A stretch of DNA of 32,000 nucleotides. Origin: Dickeya dadantii NCPPB 898 (lineage in GTDB: Bacteria; Pseudomonadota; Gammaproteobacteria; Enterobacterales; Enterobacteriaceae). Under the pieces are notes generated by a model. It saw only the letters and a list, made by a program, of their open reading frames with translations. It made no database searches and had not been told where the DNA came from. The position numbers and the translations under genes were made by a program. This document shows, in pieces, positions 6,453-17,133 of the stretch. The stretch lies in the NCBI RefSeq assembly GCF_000406145.1, contig NZ_CM001976.1, forward strand, positions 2,012,161 to 2,044,160, given 5' to 3'. The stretch's first letter is position 1. Each line of letters opens with the position of its first letter.

Positions 6453-6683
6453 TCAGTGGATGTCGTTGGTTTTTATGGACGCCTGCAACGCGTCGGCAAA
6501 CGAGCCAGCCAGCGCTTCGCGCTGTTTCGGATTAGCGATGCTGGTATTGAGCAGATTGGTGACCATGTTGCCGAGCACCATCAGTGCGAGATCGGTCGGG
6601 GTGTGGTGCTTTTCCAGCACATTGACCAGATCAGACAGCAGTTGTTCGATTTGCTCGTCACTGTAACGGGATGATTGTGGCAT
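6453..6683 (-). CDS. yejL: UPF0352 protein YejL
   Basis: 76 aa, [45 protein letters not shown], close to E. coli YejL. The position next to yejM is conserved. Confidence 0.9.
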   Translation of the reverse strand: MPQSSRYSDEQIEQLLSDLVNVLEKHHTPTDLALMVLGNMVTNLLNTSIANPKQREALAGSFADALQASIKTNDIH

Positions 6684-6844
6684 AAAATCGTGTATCTCAG
6701 GTGATGAAAGGCAAATATATTACCGTATAGGGGCGTGGTTTTCCGCACTTTTATCAATGCGGATCGTCAGAACCGGGATGCTTTGAGTTGCATGCCGAAA
6801 CGTCAGGTGCTTGAATACGCGCCTTACTAGAAGGAGAGTTTACC

Positions 6845-7855
6845 ATGAGTCTGGATATCGACCAGATTGCCCTGCACCAGTTGATCAAGCGCGACGAGCA
6901 GTCACTGGAGATGGTGCTGCGGGATTCGCTGCTGACCGTGAACGGCGCGGTCAGCGATATGATGGCGGAACTGCACCGCGTTTACAGCGCCAAAAGCAAG
7001 GCATACGGCCTGTTTAATGAAGAGAGCGAACTGGCGACGGCATTACGTTCCTGTCGCAAAGGCGATGATGACTTTTTGGCATTCTCCCGCGCCGCTACCG
7101 GCCGATTGCGCGATGAACTGGCGAAATATCCGTTCGCCGAAGGGGGCGTGGTGCTGTTCTGTCAGTATCGCTATCTGGCGGTGGAGTACCTGCTGATTGC
7201 GGTGCTGAACAGTTGCAACAGCCTGCGGGTCAACGAACAGCTGGATATCAGCAGCACCCATTATCTGGACATCCACCATGCGGATATCGTGGCGCGCATC
7301 GACCTGACCGAATGGGAAACCAGCCCGGAATCTACCCGCTATCTGACCTTCCTCAAGGGCCGGGTCGGCCGTAAGGTGTCGGATTTCTTTATGGATTTCC
7401 TGGCCGCGGCGGAAGGGCTGGATACCAAGGCACAGAACAAAGGGCTGCTGAAAGCGGTGGATGACTATTGCGCCGATGCGGAACTGGATAAGAACGAGCG
7501 CCAGCAATACCGTCAGCAAGTGTACAGCTACTGCAACGAGCAGTTGCAGGCGGGCGAAGAGATTGAGCTGGAAGCGTTGTCGAATGAGTTGCCGCCGCTG
7601 GGCGACAAGACCTTTCAGGCGTTCACCGCCGAGCAGGGCTATGAGCTGGAAGAGAGTTTTCCGGCCGATCGCGGCACGCTGCGCCAACTGACCAAGTTCG
7701 CCGGCAGCGGCGGCGGGCTCAGCATCAATTTTGACGCGTTGTTGCTGGGCGAGCGCATTTTCTGGGACCCTGCCACCGATACCCTGACCATCAAAGGCAC
7801 GCCGCCCAATCTGCGCGATCAATTACAGCGCCGGCTCGGCGGCGGCAATCGCTGA
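6845..7855 (+). CDS. ndpA: Nucleoid-associated protein NdpA (YejK)
   Basis: 336 aa beginning [36 protein letters not shown] is present as RBS. Synteny with yejL is conserved. Confidence 0.95.
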   Translation: MSLDIDQIALHQLIKRDEQSLEMVLRDSLLTVNGAVSDMMAELHRVYSAKSKAYGLFNEESELATALRSCRKGDDDFLAFSRAATGRLRDELAKYPFAEGGVVLFCQYRYLAVEYLLIAVLNSCNSLRVNEQLDISSTHYLDIHHADIVARIDLTEWETSPESTRYLTFLKGRVGRKVSDFFMDFLAAAEGLDTKAQNKGLLKAVDDYCADAELDKNERQQYRQQVYSYCNEQLQAGEEIELEALSNELPPLGDKTFQAFTAEQGYELEESFPADRGTLRQLTKFAGSGGGLSINFDALLLGERIFWDPATDTLTIKGTPPNLRDQLQRRLGGGNR

Positions 7856-7905
7856 TTTCTCCTTTCTGCGGCCTGCTTTCCGCTCTGAGCGGTGAGCGGC
7901 GCGTT

Positions 7906-7929
7906 CAGGCAGGGGGTTCTCCCTGCCTG
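7906..7929 (+). terminator. Terminator-like hairpin after ndpA (no clear U-tract)
   Basis: CAGGCAGGG-ggttct-CCCTGCCTG forms a perfect 9-bp stem 50 nt after the ndpA stop. Confidence 0.4.
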
Positions 7930-7999
7930 TAAACCGGTTTGGCAGCGCTTGCCCGCTGTTTTATGATGGGCATTCGATTGCTTGTGTTGTGAGATTCCC

Positions 8000-9700
8000 G
8001 TGCGTTCGACCTTTGACATGTTGCTGGCGGTGTACGATCGTGCGGCACTGATGCTTATTTGCCTGTTTTTCCTGACGCGGACGCGTCATTTCCGCCAGTT
8101 GCTTCAGCAGGACGAGCATTCTCGTTTTGATCTGGCCGTGGTCACCGCCATTTTTTCCCTGTTCGCGCTGTTTAGCACCTGGTCCGGCATCAATGTGGAA
8201 GGCTCGCTGGTGAACGTCAGGGTGGTGGCGGTGATGTCCGGCGGTATCCTGTTTGGACCGTGGGTCGGCATCACCACGGGAGTTATCGCCGGCGTTCACC
8301 GCTATCTGATCGATATTCATGGCATTACTTCGATACCTTGCCTGATCACCAGTATTGTGGCCGGGTTTATGTCCGCCTGGATTCACCGCCGTATTCCGCG
8401 CGATCGTCACTGGAGCGTGGGCATTGCCGGCGGCATGCTGTGCGAATCGCTGACCATGCTGCTGGTGGTGCTGTGGGCGCGGCCGTTTTCGCTGGGGCTG
8501 GATATCGTCGCCCACATCGCCATTCCGATGATTCTGGGGGCGGTCAGCATTGGTCTGATTGTGTTGCTGGTGCGCAGCGTGGAAGGGGAAAAGGAGGCGA
8601 TTGCCGCCCGGCAGGCCAAGCTGGCGCTGGATATCGCCAACAAGACGCTGCCGCTGTTCCGCCACAGCAATAGCCAGTCGCTGAGTACGGTATGCGATAT
8701 TATCCGCCGTGACATCGATGCCGACGCGGTGGCGATCACCAACACTTCGCAGGTGCTGGCCTACGTGGGGGTAGGGGAGGAGAATTACCACAGCGGCGAT
8801 CGCGATCTCAGCCCGACGACCCAACTGGCGTTAAAGGGCGGGAAGATCATTATCAAAAATAACGATGAGGCCTACCGTACCCCGGAAATTCATTCGATGA
8901 TCGTGATTCCGCTGCGGGAAAAAGGCGAGGTAACCGGCACGCTCAAGATCTATTATCGGCGGGCGCACCGGATTACCTGGTCGCTGAAAGAGATGGCGAT
9001 CGGGCTGTCGCAGATTATTTCCACCCAGCTTGAAGTCTCGCGGGCCGAGCAACTGCGCGAGATGGCCGACCGCGCCGAACTGCGGGCGCTGCAAAGCAAA
9101 ATTAATCCGCATTTTCTGTTTAATGCGCTTAATGCCATTTCCACCTCTATCCGGCTGAACCCGGATACGGCGCGTCAGCTGATTATCAACCTGTCACGTT
9201 ATCTGCGTTATAACCTGGAGCGCAATGACGAGGAACTGATTGATATCAAAAGCGAACTTTATCAGGTCAAGGATTACATCGCCATCGAGCAGGCCCGTTT
9301 CGGCGACAAACTGACGGTGATTTACGACATTGATGAAGAGGTCAGTTGCCATATCCCCAGCCTGTTGATTCAGCCGCTGATTGAAAACGCGATAGTGCAC
9401 GGTATTCGGCCTTGTAAAGGCAAGGGCGTGGTGACGTTGAGTATTCAGGAGCAGGGGGAACGTATTCGGGTGGCGGTACGGGATACCGGCAGCGGCATCA
9501 GCGATGAGGTGATCGCCCGCGTCGAGCGCAACGAACTGCCGGGCAACAAGATTGGCCTGCTCAATGTGCATCATCGCATCAAACTGCTGTATGGTGAGGG
9601 GCTGCGGATTCGCCGGCTCAACCCCGGCACGGAAATCGAATTTTTTATCACCCGGGACAACGTTAACCGCTCGGACAGCATGGTGGCGTTTCCCTCGTGA
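8000..9700 (+). CDS. ypdA: LytS/YehU-family sensor histidine kinase (5TMR-LYT + GAF + His_kinase/HATPase), YpdA-like
   Basis: The N-terminal half is multi-TM. The later stretch [18 protein letters not shown]...[13 protein letters not shown]...VRDTGSGI is the LytS-type HK core. I prefer the GTG at 8000 (about 566 aa) to the track's TTG at 7982; the ATG at 8018 is also possible. Confidence 0.85.
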   Translation: MRSTFDMLLAVYDRAALMLICLFFLTRTRHFRQLLQQDEHSRFDLAVVTAIFSLFALFSTWSGINVEGSLVNVRVVAVMSGGILFGPWVGITTGVIAGVHRYLIDIHGITSIPCLITSIVAGFMSAWIHRRIPRDRHWSVGIAGGMLCESLTMLLVVLWARPFSLGLDIVAHIAIPMILGAVSIGLIVLLVRSVEGEKEAIAARQAKLALDIANKTLPLFRHSNSQSLSTVCDIIRRDIDADAVAITNTSQVLAYVGVGEENYHSGDRDLSPTTQLALKGGKIIIKNNDEAYRTPEIHSMIVIPLREKGEVTGTLKIYYRRAHRITWSLKEMAIGLSQIISTQLEVSRAEQLREMADRAELRALQSKINPHFLFNALNAISTSIRLNPDTARQLIINLSRYLRYNLERNDEELIDIKSELYQVKDYIAIEQARFGDKLTVIYDIDEEVSCHIPSLLIQPLIENAIVHGIRPCKGKGVVTLSIQEQGERIRVAVRDTGSGISDEVIARVERNELPGNKIGLLNVHHRIKLLYGEGLRIRRLNPGTEIEFFITRDNVNRSDSMVAFPS

Positions 9701-9725
9701 ACGGGGTTGGCGGTAGGAGAAAAGC

Positions 9726-10460
9726 GTGAAAGCGATCATTGTCGAAGATGAATTTCTGGCGCAGCAGGAACTGAGCTGGCTGGTCAAACAACACAGTCAG
9801 ATCGAGGTGGCCGCCGTGTTTGACGATGGCCTCGACGTGCTGAAATACCTGCAGGATAACCGGGTGGATGTGATCTTCCTGGATATCAACATTCCATCAC
9901 TGGACGGGGTGATGCTGGCGAAGAACATCAGCCAGTTCGCCCATAAGCCCTTGATCGTCTTCATCACCGCGTATAAGAATCATGCGGTGGAGGCGTTTGA
10001 GCTGGAAGCGTTCGACTATATCCTCAAGCCCTACCATGAAACCCGCATTGTCGGCATGCTGCAAAAACTTGAAGCGGCGTGGCAGCAACAGCAATTGCCT
10101 ACCCATTCCGGCGGCGACAACCGCCCGGCGCCGATGACCATCAATCTGATTAAAGATAAACGGATTATCGTCACCAATATTCACGATATCTATTACGCCG
10201 AATCCCACGAAAAGCTGACCTTTGTCTATACCCGACGTGACGAGTTCGTGATGTCGATGAACATCACCGAGTTTTGCAGCCGGCTGCCGGAGGCCTATTT
10301 TTTCCGGTGTCACCGGTCGTACTGCGTTAACCTGAGCAAGATCCGCGAGATCGAACCCTGGTTCAACAACACCTATATTCTCAAACTGAGCGACCTGGAT
10401 TTTCAGGTGCCGGTCAGCCGCAGCAAAGTGAGGGAATTTCGCCAGCTGATGCGGTTGTAG
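9726..10460 (+). CDS. ypdB: LytR/AlgR-family response regulator (REC + LytTR), YpdB-like
   Basis: 244 aa with a GTG start and AGGAG as RBS. MKAIIVEDEFLAQQEL...DVIFLDINIP is the REC domain. The C-terminus ...FFRCHRSYCVNLSKIREIEPW... is a LytTR domain. Confidence 0.9.
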   Translation: MKAIIVEDEFLAQQELSWLVKQHSQIEVAAVFDDGLDVLKYLQDNRVDVIFLDINIPSLDGVMLAKNISQFAHKPLIVFITAYKNHAVEAFELEAFDYILKPYHETRIVGMLQKLEAAWQQQQLPTHSGGDNRPAPMTINLIKDKRIIVTNIHDIYYAESHEKLTFVYTRRDEFVMSMNITEFCSRLPEAYFFRCHRSYCVNLSKIREIEPWFNNTYILKLSDLDFQVPVSRSKVREFRQLMRL

Positions 10461-10513
10461 CTGTAAATAGGTCCGGCATGAAACGTATTCAATGTCATTG
10501 ATACCGCTCTGGC

Positions 10514-10544
10514 GGCATTTCATTCCCTAATTCATGCCGTTCAT
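10514..10544 (+). promoter_or_regulatory. Direct-repeat LytTR (YpdB-type) binding site in the transporter promoter
   Basis: GGCATTTCAT (10514-10523), an 11-bp spacer, then TGCCGTTCAT (10535-10544). A TATACT -10 candidate lies at 10578-10583. The motif and spacing match what is reported for the E. coli yhjX promoter (Fried et al. 2013, from memory). Confidence 0.6.
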
Positions 10545-10645
10545 GCCCTTATTAAACCCATGGATTTAGCCCCTCTTTATACTGGTGCCATTCGGCAGGC
10601 TCCGGCCTGTTTTATCTTCACATCAGAAAAATCAGGGGGTCCGGT

Positions 10646-11863
10646 ATGAACAGCAAACCGGCAAATCGCGGCGTTATTATTGCAGGGACTGTCCTCGCCC
10701 AAATGGGGCTGGGGACTATTTACACCTGGAGCCTTTACAACCAGCCGCTGGTCGACAAATTCGACTGGCCGCTCAGTTCGGTGGCGACCACCTTTTCTTT
10801 AACCAGCTTTTTCCTGGCGTTCGCCACGCTGTTTGCCGGGCGTATTCAGGAGCGCATCGGTATCCGTAAGCTGACGTTGATCGCCGGTCTGGTGCTGGGA
10901 GCGGCGCTGATGGCGGCCTCTATGGTGTCCTCGCTGCCGATGTTGTGGCTACTGGTGGGGGTGGTGGTCGGGTTTGCCGACGGCGCGGCCTACATCACTA
11001 CATTGTCCAACCTGATTAAATGGTTCCCGAATCGCAAGGGCGTTATCGCCGGGATTTCGGTCGGCGCGTACGGCACCGGCAGCCTGGTGTTCAAATACAT
11101 CAACAGCGCGTTGCTGGCGCAGGTCGGTGTGTCCCAGACCTTCTTCTGGTGGGGAGCGATGGCGCTGGTGATGATTACCGGCGGCGCCATGCTGCTGAAA
11201 GACGCGCCGGTACAACCGGCCCAGACGGCGGCACTCGGTGGCAACGTCAACTTTACCGTCAGCGAAATGCTGCGTCGTAAAGAAGCCTGGCTGCTGTTTG
11301 TGGTGTTCTTCACTTCCTGCATGAGCGGGCTTTATCTGATCGGCATCGCGAAGGATATCGGTGTGAAAATGGCCGGGTTGGATGCGGTGACGGCCGCCAG
11401 CGTGGTATCGGCGATTGCCATCTGCAACACCGCCGGACGCCTGATTCTCGGTTATCTGTCCGACAAAGTGGGGCGCTTGCGGGTGCTGAACTTTACGTTG
11501 CTGGTGACCGCGCTGTCGGTGACCGTGATGGCTTTCCTGCCGTTGAATGCTATGACGTTCTTCCTGTGCACCGGTGCGGTGGCCTTCTGTTTCGGCGGTA
11601 ATATCACCGTCTACCCGGCGATTGTGGCCGATTTCTTTGGCCTGAAGCATCACAGTAAAAACTACGGGCTGATTTATCAGGGCTTCGGTCTGGGGCCGTT
11701 GGCCGGTTCCTTTATCGCCGCCGCGCTGGGCGGGTTCCACAGTACCTTTATCGCCATTGCGCTGCTGTCGGTGGTGTCGCTGGTGATTACCCTGTTCATT
11801 CAGCCGCCGAAAGCGCCGCGCGAGCAGGATGCGCCGCTGGTCGCACAGGGCAGCCACGCCTGA
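10646..11863 (+). CDS. yhjX: MFS transporter of the oxalate/formate antiporter family, YhjX-like (pyruvate-responsive in E. coli)
   Basis: 405 aa. ...GTVLAQMGLGTIYTWSLYNQPL...IQERIGIRKLTL...LSNLIKWFPNRKGVIAGISVGAYGTGSLVFKYI... is collinear with E. coli YhjX (402 aa). Confidence 0.85.
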   Translation: MNSKPANRGVIIAGTVLAQMGLGTIYTWSLYNQPLVDKFDWPLSSVATTFSLTSFFLAFATLFAGRIQERIGIRKLTLIAGLVLGAALMAASMVSSLPMLWLLVGVVVGFADGAAYITTLSNLIKWFPNRKGVIAGISVGAYGTGSLVFKYINSALLAQVGVSQTFFWWGAMALVMITGGAMLLKDAPVQPAQTAALGGNVNFTVSEMLRRKEAWLLFVVFFTSCMSGLYLIGIAKDIGVKMAGLDAVTAASVVSAIAICNTAGRLILGYLSDKVGRLRVLNFTLLVTALSVTVMAFLPLNAMTFFLCTGAVAFCFGGNITVYPAIVADFFGLKHHSKNYGLIYQGFGLGPLAGSFIAAALGGFHSTFIAIALLSVVSLVITLFIQPPKAPREQDAPLVAQGSHA

Positions 11864-11882
11864 TTAAGAAGCCTCACCCTTT

Positions 11883-11908
11883 TCGTGTAGCCAAATCGTG
11901 TAGCCAAA
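11883..11908. repeat. Perfect 13-bp tandem duplication TCGTGTAGCCAAA x2
   Basis: Read directly from the sequence: copies at 11883-11895 and 11896-11908, between the transporter stop and its terminator. Confidence 0.9.
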
Positions 11909-11914
11909 CGTCAC

Positions 11915-11941
11915 CGTCACCATGCCGGTGGCGTTTTTTTT
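11915..11941 (+). terminator. Rho-independent terminator of the YhjX-like gene
   Basis: CGTCACC-atgcc-GGTGGCG forms a 7-bp stem with one G-U pair and is followed by T8. A G7 run comes next. Confidence 0.75.
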
Positions 11942-12010
11942 GGGGGGGAAGGGATAGGGCAAGGGAGGAAGTGAGGTACTGGTGAGATCACGGGAATATG
12001 CCGATGAGAA

Positions 12011-12043
12011 AAACAAAAACGCCGCAACAAGTGCGGCGTTTTT
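12011..12043 (-). terminator. Bidirectional rho-independent terminator (serves rplY)
   Basis: The CGCCGCA-acaag-TGCGGCG hairpin is flanked by an A-rich run (12011-12019) and T5 (12039-12043). It lies about 30 nt after the rplY stop. Confidence 0.75.
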
Positions 12044-12072
12044 GCTGGCTCGACGAAGACGTCGCTGCGTGA

Positions 12073-12360
12073 TTAAACGCGAACGAAGTCGATGTGAGTC
12101 AGTTTCGGCTTGAACGGATGACGCTGAACAGCCTGAATTTTTACTTTGGTTTCTTTGCCATCGACAACCAGGGCGATTTCACCGTACAGACCTTCGCTGT
12201 TACGATCTTCCAGGTTTTTAACGATATCGTGGTCCAGTTCGATGGAAACCGGTGCTTCGCTGCCGCCGTAAACGATGGCGGGGAATTTACCGGTAGTGCG
12301 CAGGCGGCGGCTCGCACCCTTACCCTGCTCTTTACGTACTTCTGCGTTGATAGTAATCAT
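12073..12360 (-). CDS. rplY: 50S ribosomal protein L25
   Basis: 95 aa, [21 protein letters not shown]...HIDFVRV, nearly identical to E. coli L25. Confidence 0.95.
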   Translation of the reverse strand: MITINAEVRKEQGKGASRRLRTTGKFPAIVYGGSEAPVSIELDHDIVKNLEDRNSEGLYGEIALVVDGKETKVKIQAVQRHPFKPKLTHIDFVRV

Positions 12361-12514
12361 TGCTTTCTCTACTTGATAAAATGAACCTGCTACAGGCGAC
12401 CCAGCAACAGGCAGGATAATCCGCTTTGTTCAAATAACCATGTTGATATTCGAAATAAAAGCGGGCGAGATTCTAGCGGAATATGATGGCGCGGGCAAAT
12501 AAAACCGCCGCAGA

Positions 12515-14290
12515 TTAGCCGCGCAGTTCATGGGCGCGGCGATAGCGGCCCTGATAATCGAAGATCTTTTCCCGGACCTGCCAGAATTTGCCCTGCAAAC
12601 GAGCTACCACGAAATCCGGCGCGCGCAGCAGCGCCTGCTGCGCGACCACATCCTCGGCACGCTGCCAGTGGAAGGGCACGCCGGGCGCGCGCTGGTGTGT
12701 GCGCAGAAACACATGCGTAAAGGCGTGGCGCTGGGCGGCGGTGTGCAACCGGAAACGTTCGCTGACGTCGGCGCCGTCTTCATCGTAATAGGTGATGCGC
12801 AGCCATTCGCCTTTGGCGTCGACGCCGTGTTGCAGGTTCATGCCGCTGCAACGCAGCACCAGCGCGTCTTTCAGTTTCAGGGCCGCTTTCAGCATGTCGT
12901 CTGGGTCGACCAGCACCGCATCGCACGCCTGACAGCGTCGTGCGGCGATATCGTTTTCGGCGCCGCAGTGCGGGCAGCTTTTGAAGCGGAAGCGGTAGTC
13001 GCATTGTTGCCGCCGTCCTTGCTCATCCGCCTGCCACCCCTGGCAACGGCGGCCATAATGCTCAATCACCGTGCCATCGTCGGTGCATTTTCCCCAGAAC
13101 AGGTTGGCGAAGCCGCATTGCGGGCAGAACACCTGCACCGGTTGGCTGTCGCTGTGCGGTTTGCTGTGGCCGACTTCGGGCGTGTAGAGATCAAACGGGT
13201 TGCCGGCGTAGTCCAGAATCAGGCAATCGGTTTTACCGGGAAACAGGCGCAGGCCGCGGCCGATGATTTGCTGATAGAGGCTGACGGACTCCGTCGGGCG
13301 CAAAATGGCGATCACATCGACGTGCGGCGCATCAAAACCGGTAGTCAGCACCGACACGTTGACCAGATAGCGCAGCTGTTGCTGCTTGAAGGCGGCGATC
13401 AGCGCATCCCGCTGTGGTGCCGGCGTTTCGCCGCTGATCAACGCCGCTTCGCCGGCCGGCAGCAACCCTTCGACTTCCCGCGCGTGTTCGACCGTGGCGG
13501 CGAAAATCATCACGCCGCGTCGGTTGGCGGCGTACTCGGTAATCTGGCGGACAATCTGCGGCGTGACCCGTTGCTGACGCTTCAGCTCGCGGTTCAGCTC
13601 CACGTCGCTGAACAGTCCATTGCTGAACAGTCCATCGCCGCGCGCCGCCAGTTGGCTGAAGTCGTACTGCACCACCGGCATGTCCAGCCGTTCCGGCTGT
13701 ACCAGAAAGCCGTGCCGGATCATATAGCGCAGCGGCAGTTCGTAGATGCAGTCGCGGAACAGACAGCTGTCGTCACCACGGATCATGCCGTGATAGTGGT
13801 ACTGGTAGATCCAGCCCCGGCCGAGGCGATACGGGGTGGCGGTCAATCCCAGCAGCCGCAACTGCGGGTTGGCCTGCTGCAAATGCTGGATGATTTGCTG
13901 GTATTGGCTGTTTTCATCGTCGCTAATCCGGTGGCATTCATCGACGATCAGTAGCGAGAACGCGTCATCAAATTTGCCGGGGTGCCGCGCCACCGACTGC
14001 ACGCTGCCAAACACTACCTTGCCTTCGCTGTCGCGCTGATTGAGCCCAGCGGCGAAAATGTCCGCCTGTAGCCCCAGCGCGCAATATTTGGCGTGATTCT
14101 GCTCCACCAGTTCCCTGACGTGCGCCAGCACCAATACCCGGCCGCGCGCCAGCCGCGCCAGCTCGGCGATCACCAGGCTTTTGCCGGCGCCGGTGGGGAG
14201 AACGATCACCGCCGGCGCGGTGTGCTGGCGAAAATAGGCAAGGGTGGCGTCAACCGCCTCTTGCTGGTACGGGCGCAGTGTAAAGGACAT
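12515..14290 (-). CDS. radD: DNA repair helicase RadD (YejH), SF2 helicase with C-terminal zinc-finger region
   Basis: 591 aa. The sequence shows [20 protein letters not shown]...LPTGAGKS (Walker A), LLIVDECH (DEAH-type motif) and C-terminal CPQCG/CPHCG cysteine pairs. Confidence 0.95.
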   Translation of the reverse strand: MSFTLRPYQQEAVDATLAYFRQHTAPAVIVLPTGAGKSLVIAELARLARGRVLVLAHVRELVEQNHAKYCALGLQADIFAAGLNQRDSEGKVVFGSVQSVARHPGKFDDAFSLLIVDECHRISDDENSQYQQIIQHLQQANPQLRLLGLTATPYRLGRGWIYQYHYHGMIRGDDSCLFRDCIYELPLRYMIRHGFLVQPERLDMPVVQYDFSQLAARGDGLFSNGLFSDVELNRELKRQQRVTPQIVRQITEYAANRRGVMIFAATVEHAREVEGLLPAGEAALISGETPAPQRDALIAAFKQQQLRYLVNVSVLTTGFDAPHVDVIAILRPTESVSLYQQIIGRGLRLFPGKTDCLILDYAGNPFDLYTPEVGHSKPHSDSQPVQVFCPQCGFANLFWGKCTDDGTVIEHYGRRCQGWQADEQGRRQQCDYRFRFKSCPHCGAENDIAARRCQACDAVLVDPDDMLKAALKLKDALVLRCSGMNLQHGVDAKGEWLRITYYDEDGADVSERFRLHTAAQRHAFTHVFLRTHQRAPGVPFHWQRAEDVVAQQALLRAPDFVVARLQGKFWQVREKIFDYQGRYRRAHELRG

Positions 14291-14529
14291 CAGTGGCGGC
14301 AGATTTTACTTTCATGGGTGGTAAACCTGTTATCTTGCGGAATGAATTTGCCTTTGTCAGCCAGAAATTGCACCAGTCCGGCGGCGGTCATGTCGGCAGC
14401 GGAGCAGGTATGAAAGCGGGCATCGCGGCCAAAACGCGCCTCAATGGCGGCAATCAGCTCGTCAGTGGTAAAGGATCTGTTGGCGGCCACCATCATATGT
14501 AATACTTCATGACCGTGAATCGATGACAT
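14290..14529 (-). CDS. YecH-like (DUF2492) putative metal-binding protein
   Basis: 79 aa from the ATG at 14529, with GGAG upstream: [13 protein letters not shown]...[28 protein letters not shown]...SKICRH. The His/Cys motifs (HGHE, HTCS, KICRH) fit my recollection of E. coli YecH. The stop overlaps the radD start (TGATG). Confidence 0.7.
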   Translation of the reverse strand: MSSIHGHEVLHMMVAANRSFTTDELIAAIEARFGRDARFHTCSAADMTAAGLVQFLADKGKFIPQDNRFTTHESKICRH

Positions 14530-14794
14530 AATAGGGCTCCTGATAATTATCGGGCGATGAAATGCCGCCAACACGGCAAAACGTCGCGGTGCACTCTCCC
14601 TTTCCTGCTTAATGACGGGCAGGGTAGCAGGGCAGTGAAGAGCAAAAAGTTGCTTTTATTATGCTTTTTTTAAACGGCGCAGAAGGGCGGTTTACATCAA
14701 TATCCGGTGTGAAAGCCAGCGCCTTTTCCTATCAGGCGGCGGTCAGCGCCATGCCTGACCGGCAATTCGTAACGACCATAGGCAGTATTCATTA

Positions 14795-15493
14795 ATGCGA
14801 TTGGATAAATTTCTTTCCCAGCAGTTGGGGATCAGCCGTGCGCTGGTAGCGCGCGAACTGCGCGCACAGCGTGTGACGGTAAACGGTGAGGTGATAAAAA
14901 GCGGTGCGTTCAAGCTGCTGCCGGAGCATGAAGTGGCGTTCGACGGCAATGTGCTCGAACAGCAGAACGGTCCGCGTTATTTCATGCTGAATAAGCCGCA
15001 GGGATATGTGTGCTCCACCGACGATCCCGACCATCCGACGATTTTGTATTTTATCGATGAACCGGTGGCGCACAAGCTGCACGCCGCCGGCCGGCTGGAT
15101 ATTGACACCAGCGGTCTGGTACTGCTGACCGACGACGGCCAGTGGTCGCACCGTATTACCTCGCCGAAGCACCATTGCGAAAAAACCTATCTGGTGACGC
15201 TGGAGCAGCCGCTGGCGCCGGATACTGCGGATAATTTTCAGGCTGGCGTGCAATTACACGGTGAGAAGAATCTGACCCGCCCGGCAACGCTGGAGCAGAT
15301 TTCTGAGCACCAGGTGCGGTTGACCATCAGCGAAGGCCGCTATCATCAGGTAAAACGCATGTTTGCCGCGGTTGGCAACCATGTGGTGGCGTTGCATCGT
15401 GAACGCATCGGGGCCATTACGCTGGATGACGCGCTGGAGCCCGGCGAATATCGCCCGCTGACGCCGGAAGAAGTGGCCGGCATCGGGCAATAG
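14795..15493 (+). CDS. rsuA: 16S rRNA pseudouridine-516 synthase RsuA
   Basis: 232 aa. [33 protein letters not shown] is the S4 domain. ...[20 protein letters not shown]... is the RsuA catalytic motif. Confidence 0.95.
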   Translation: MRLDKFLSQQLGISRALVARELRAQRVTVNGEVIKSGAFKLLPEHEVAFDGNVLEQQNGPRYFMLNKPQGYVCSTDDPDHPTILYFIDEPVAHKLHAAGRLDIDTSGLVLLTDDGQWSHRITSPKHHCEKTYLVTLEQPLAPDTADNFQAGVQLHGEKNLTRPATLEQISEHQVRLTISEGRYHQVKRMFAAVGNHVVALHRERIGAITLDDALEPGEYRPLTPEEVAGIGQ

Positions 15494-15591
15494 CCGAAAG
15501 ACCGTCGGTCACCGGCCTGTTATCTGTTAAATCCCTGTATCCGCCGCCGTCGGGTGGCGGGAAACCGCGTCTACCTGGAGAACCGTTTTTC

Positions 15592-16773
15592 GTGCAACCA
15601 CATTCATCCTCGCGCGTCGGTCTGATTTTTATTCTGGGATTGATATCGATGCTGATGCCAATCGCCATCGATATGTATTTACCGGCGCTGCCGGTGATCG
15701 CAAAAGAATTTTCGGTCGATCCGGGCCGGGTGCAGATGACCCTCAGCTCGTATGTACTCGGTTTCGCCATCGGCCAGATTTTCTATGGCCCAATGTCGGA
15801 CAGCATCGGCCGTAAGCCGGTGATTCTGGGCGGCGTGCTGATTTTTACTCTGGCCGCCGCCGCCTGCGCGCTGTCGCAAACGGTCGATCAACTGATTCAT
15901 ATGCGCTTCCTGCACGGCTTGTCGGCCGCGTCGGCCAGCGTGGTGATCAACGCGCTGATGCGGGATATGTTCTCGAAGGATGAGTTCTCGCGCATGATGT
16001 CGTTTGTGATTTTGGTGATGACGGTGGCGCCGCTGCTGGCGCCGATCATCGGCGGCGCGCTGTTGTTCTGGCTTAGCTGGCACGCCATCTTTTGGACTAT
16101 CGCCGCCGCGTCGCTGGTGGCGACGGTGCTGGTATGGCTGTTTATCCATGAAACCCTGCCGGCGGAACGGCGACAGCGTTTCCATCTGCGTACCACGCTG
16201 GGGAACTTTTCCCAACTGGTCCGCCACCGCCGCGTGTTCAGTTACATGTTTGCCAGCGGGCTGTCGTTTTCCGGCATGTTTGCCTTTTTGAGCGCCGGGC
16301 CGTTTGTCTACATCGATCTTAACGGCGTGTCGCCCCAGCATTTCGGCTACTACTTTGCGCTGAATATCGTATTCCTGTTTTTGATGACGTTGCTCAACAG
16401 CCGTATTGTGTCGCGGATGGGAGCGATGTTCATGTTCCGGCTGGGGTTGATTATCCAGTTTGTGATGGGGATATGGCTGGTGGTGGTCAGTAGTTTCGAT
16501 TTGGGGTTTATTCCGCTGGTGATCGGCGTTGCGGTATTCGTGGGCTGCGTCGCCACGGTGGCATCCAACGCCATGGCGGTGATTCTCGATGGTTTCCCCC
16601 ATATGGCCGGAACGGCGTCTTCGCTGGCCGGCACCATGCGCTTCGGGCTGGGGTCGCTGGTGGGGACGTTATTGTCGCTGGCGACGTTCCAGAGCGTGTG
16701 GCCGATGGTGGGCGCTATGGCGTTCTGCTCGGCAGGCGCGTTCGGTTTATTCCTGTACGCCAGTCGGCGTTAG
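15592..16773 (+). CDS. bcr: Bcr/CflA-family MFS multidrug (bicyclomycin/sulfonamide) efflux transporter
   Basis: 393 aa with a GTG start. ...[29 protein letters not shown]...[16 protein letters not shown]... is collinear with E. coli Bcr. The gene is adjacent to rsuA as in E. coli. Confidence 0.9.
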   Translation: MQPHSSSRVGLIFILGLISMLMPIAIDMYLPALPVIAKEFSVDPGRVQMTLSSYVLGFAIGQIFYGPMSDSIGRKPVILGGVLIFTLAAAACALSQTVDQLIHMRFLHGLSAASASVVINALMRDMFSKDEFSRMMSFVILVMTVAPLLAPIIGGALLFWLSWHAIFWTIAAASLVATVLVWLFIHETLPAERRQRFHLRTTLGNFSQLVRHRRVFSYMFASGLSFSGMFAFLSAGPFVYIDLNGVSPQHFGYYFALNIVFLFLMTLLNSRIVSRMGAMFMFRLGLIIQFVMGIWLVVVSSFDLGFIPLVIGVAVFVGCVATVASNAMAVILDGFPHMAGTASSLAGTMRFGLGSLVGTLLSLATFQSVWPMVGAMAFCSAGAFGLFLYASRR

Positions 16774-17085
16774 GTTCCTCTTTCACTCCTCTCTTTCCTG
16801 CTTCTTGCTGCCGGTAACCTGCCGGCAGTGCTCTCCGCCTGCTGCGCTTAAATGTGAAAATATTGAACCAAAAGTGAACAACTTGAAGAAATTGGTTGAG
16901 ATATCTGGAATAAAAGGTTACATATAGCGCAAAATCAGTCAAAATCGTGATCTTGTTAACGTTTTGAACGGTTACCAATCTGAGCGCCATGCTTCTGGGA
17001 CGGCCTCATCATGACGAAATGTTGCTTTTTTGTGTCCGAATAGTAGTAAATGAAGATGCGGAGCAAAAAAAGTTTACTGATTTAT

Positions 17086-17093
17086 GTTATAAT
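17086..17093 (+). promoter_or_regulatory. Candidate extended -10 promoter of yejG
   Basis: TGtTATAAT, with a perfect -10 at 17088-17093, lies about 40 nt upstream of the yejG GTG. No recognisable -35 is present. Confidence 0.4.
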
Positions 17094-17133
17094 TTTGTGA
17101 ATTTTAAAAGCAGCTTAGCTGAGGAAGACCGCT

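Noticed and set aside
12530-13954. 474-aa plus-strand ORF antisense to radD. Similar long antisense ORFs occur at 4916-5656, 7043-7822, 7961-8824, 9194-9787, 9897-10523, 10949-11857, 15679-16602, 18049-18708, 20169-20747, 21390-22517 and 25258-25827.
   Set aside because: These are shadow ORFs typical of GC-rich coding DNA. Their compositions are rich in Arg, Gly, Ala, Gln and His and of low complexity. None has an RBS, and each fully overlaps a gene with unambiguous homology.
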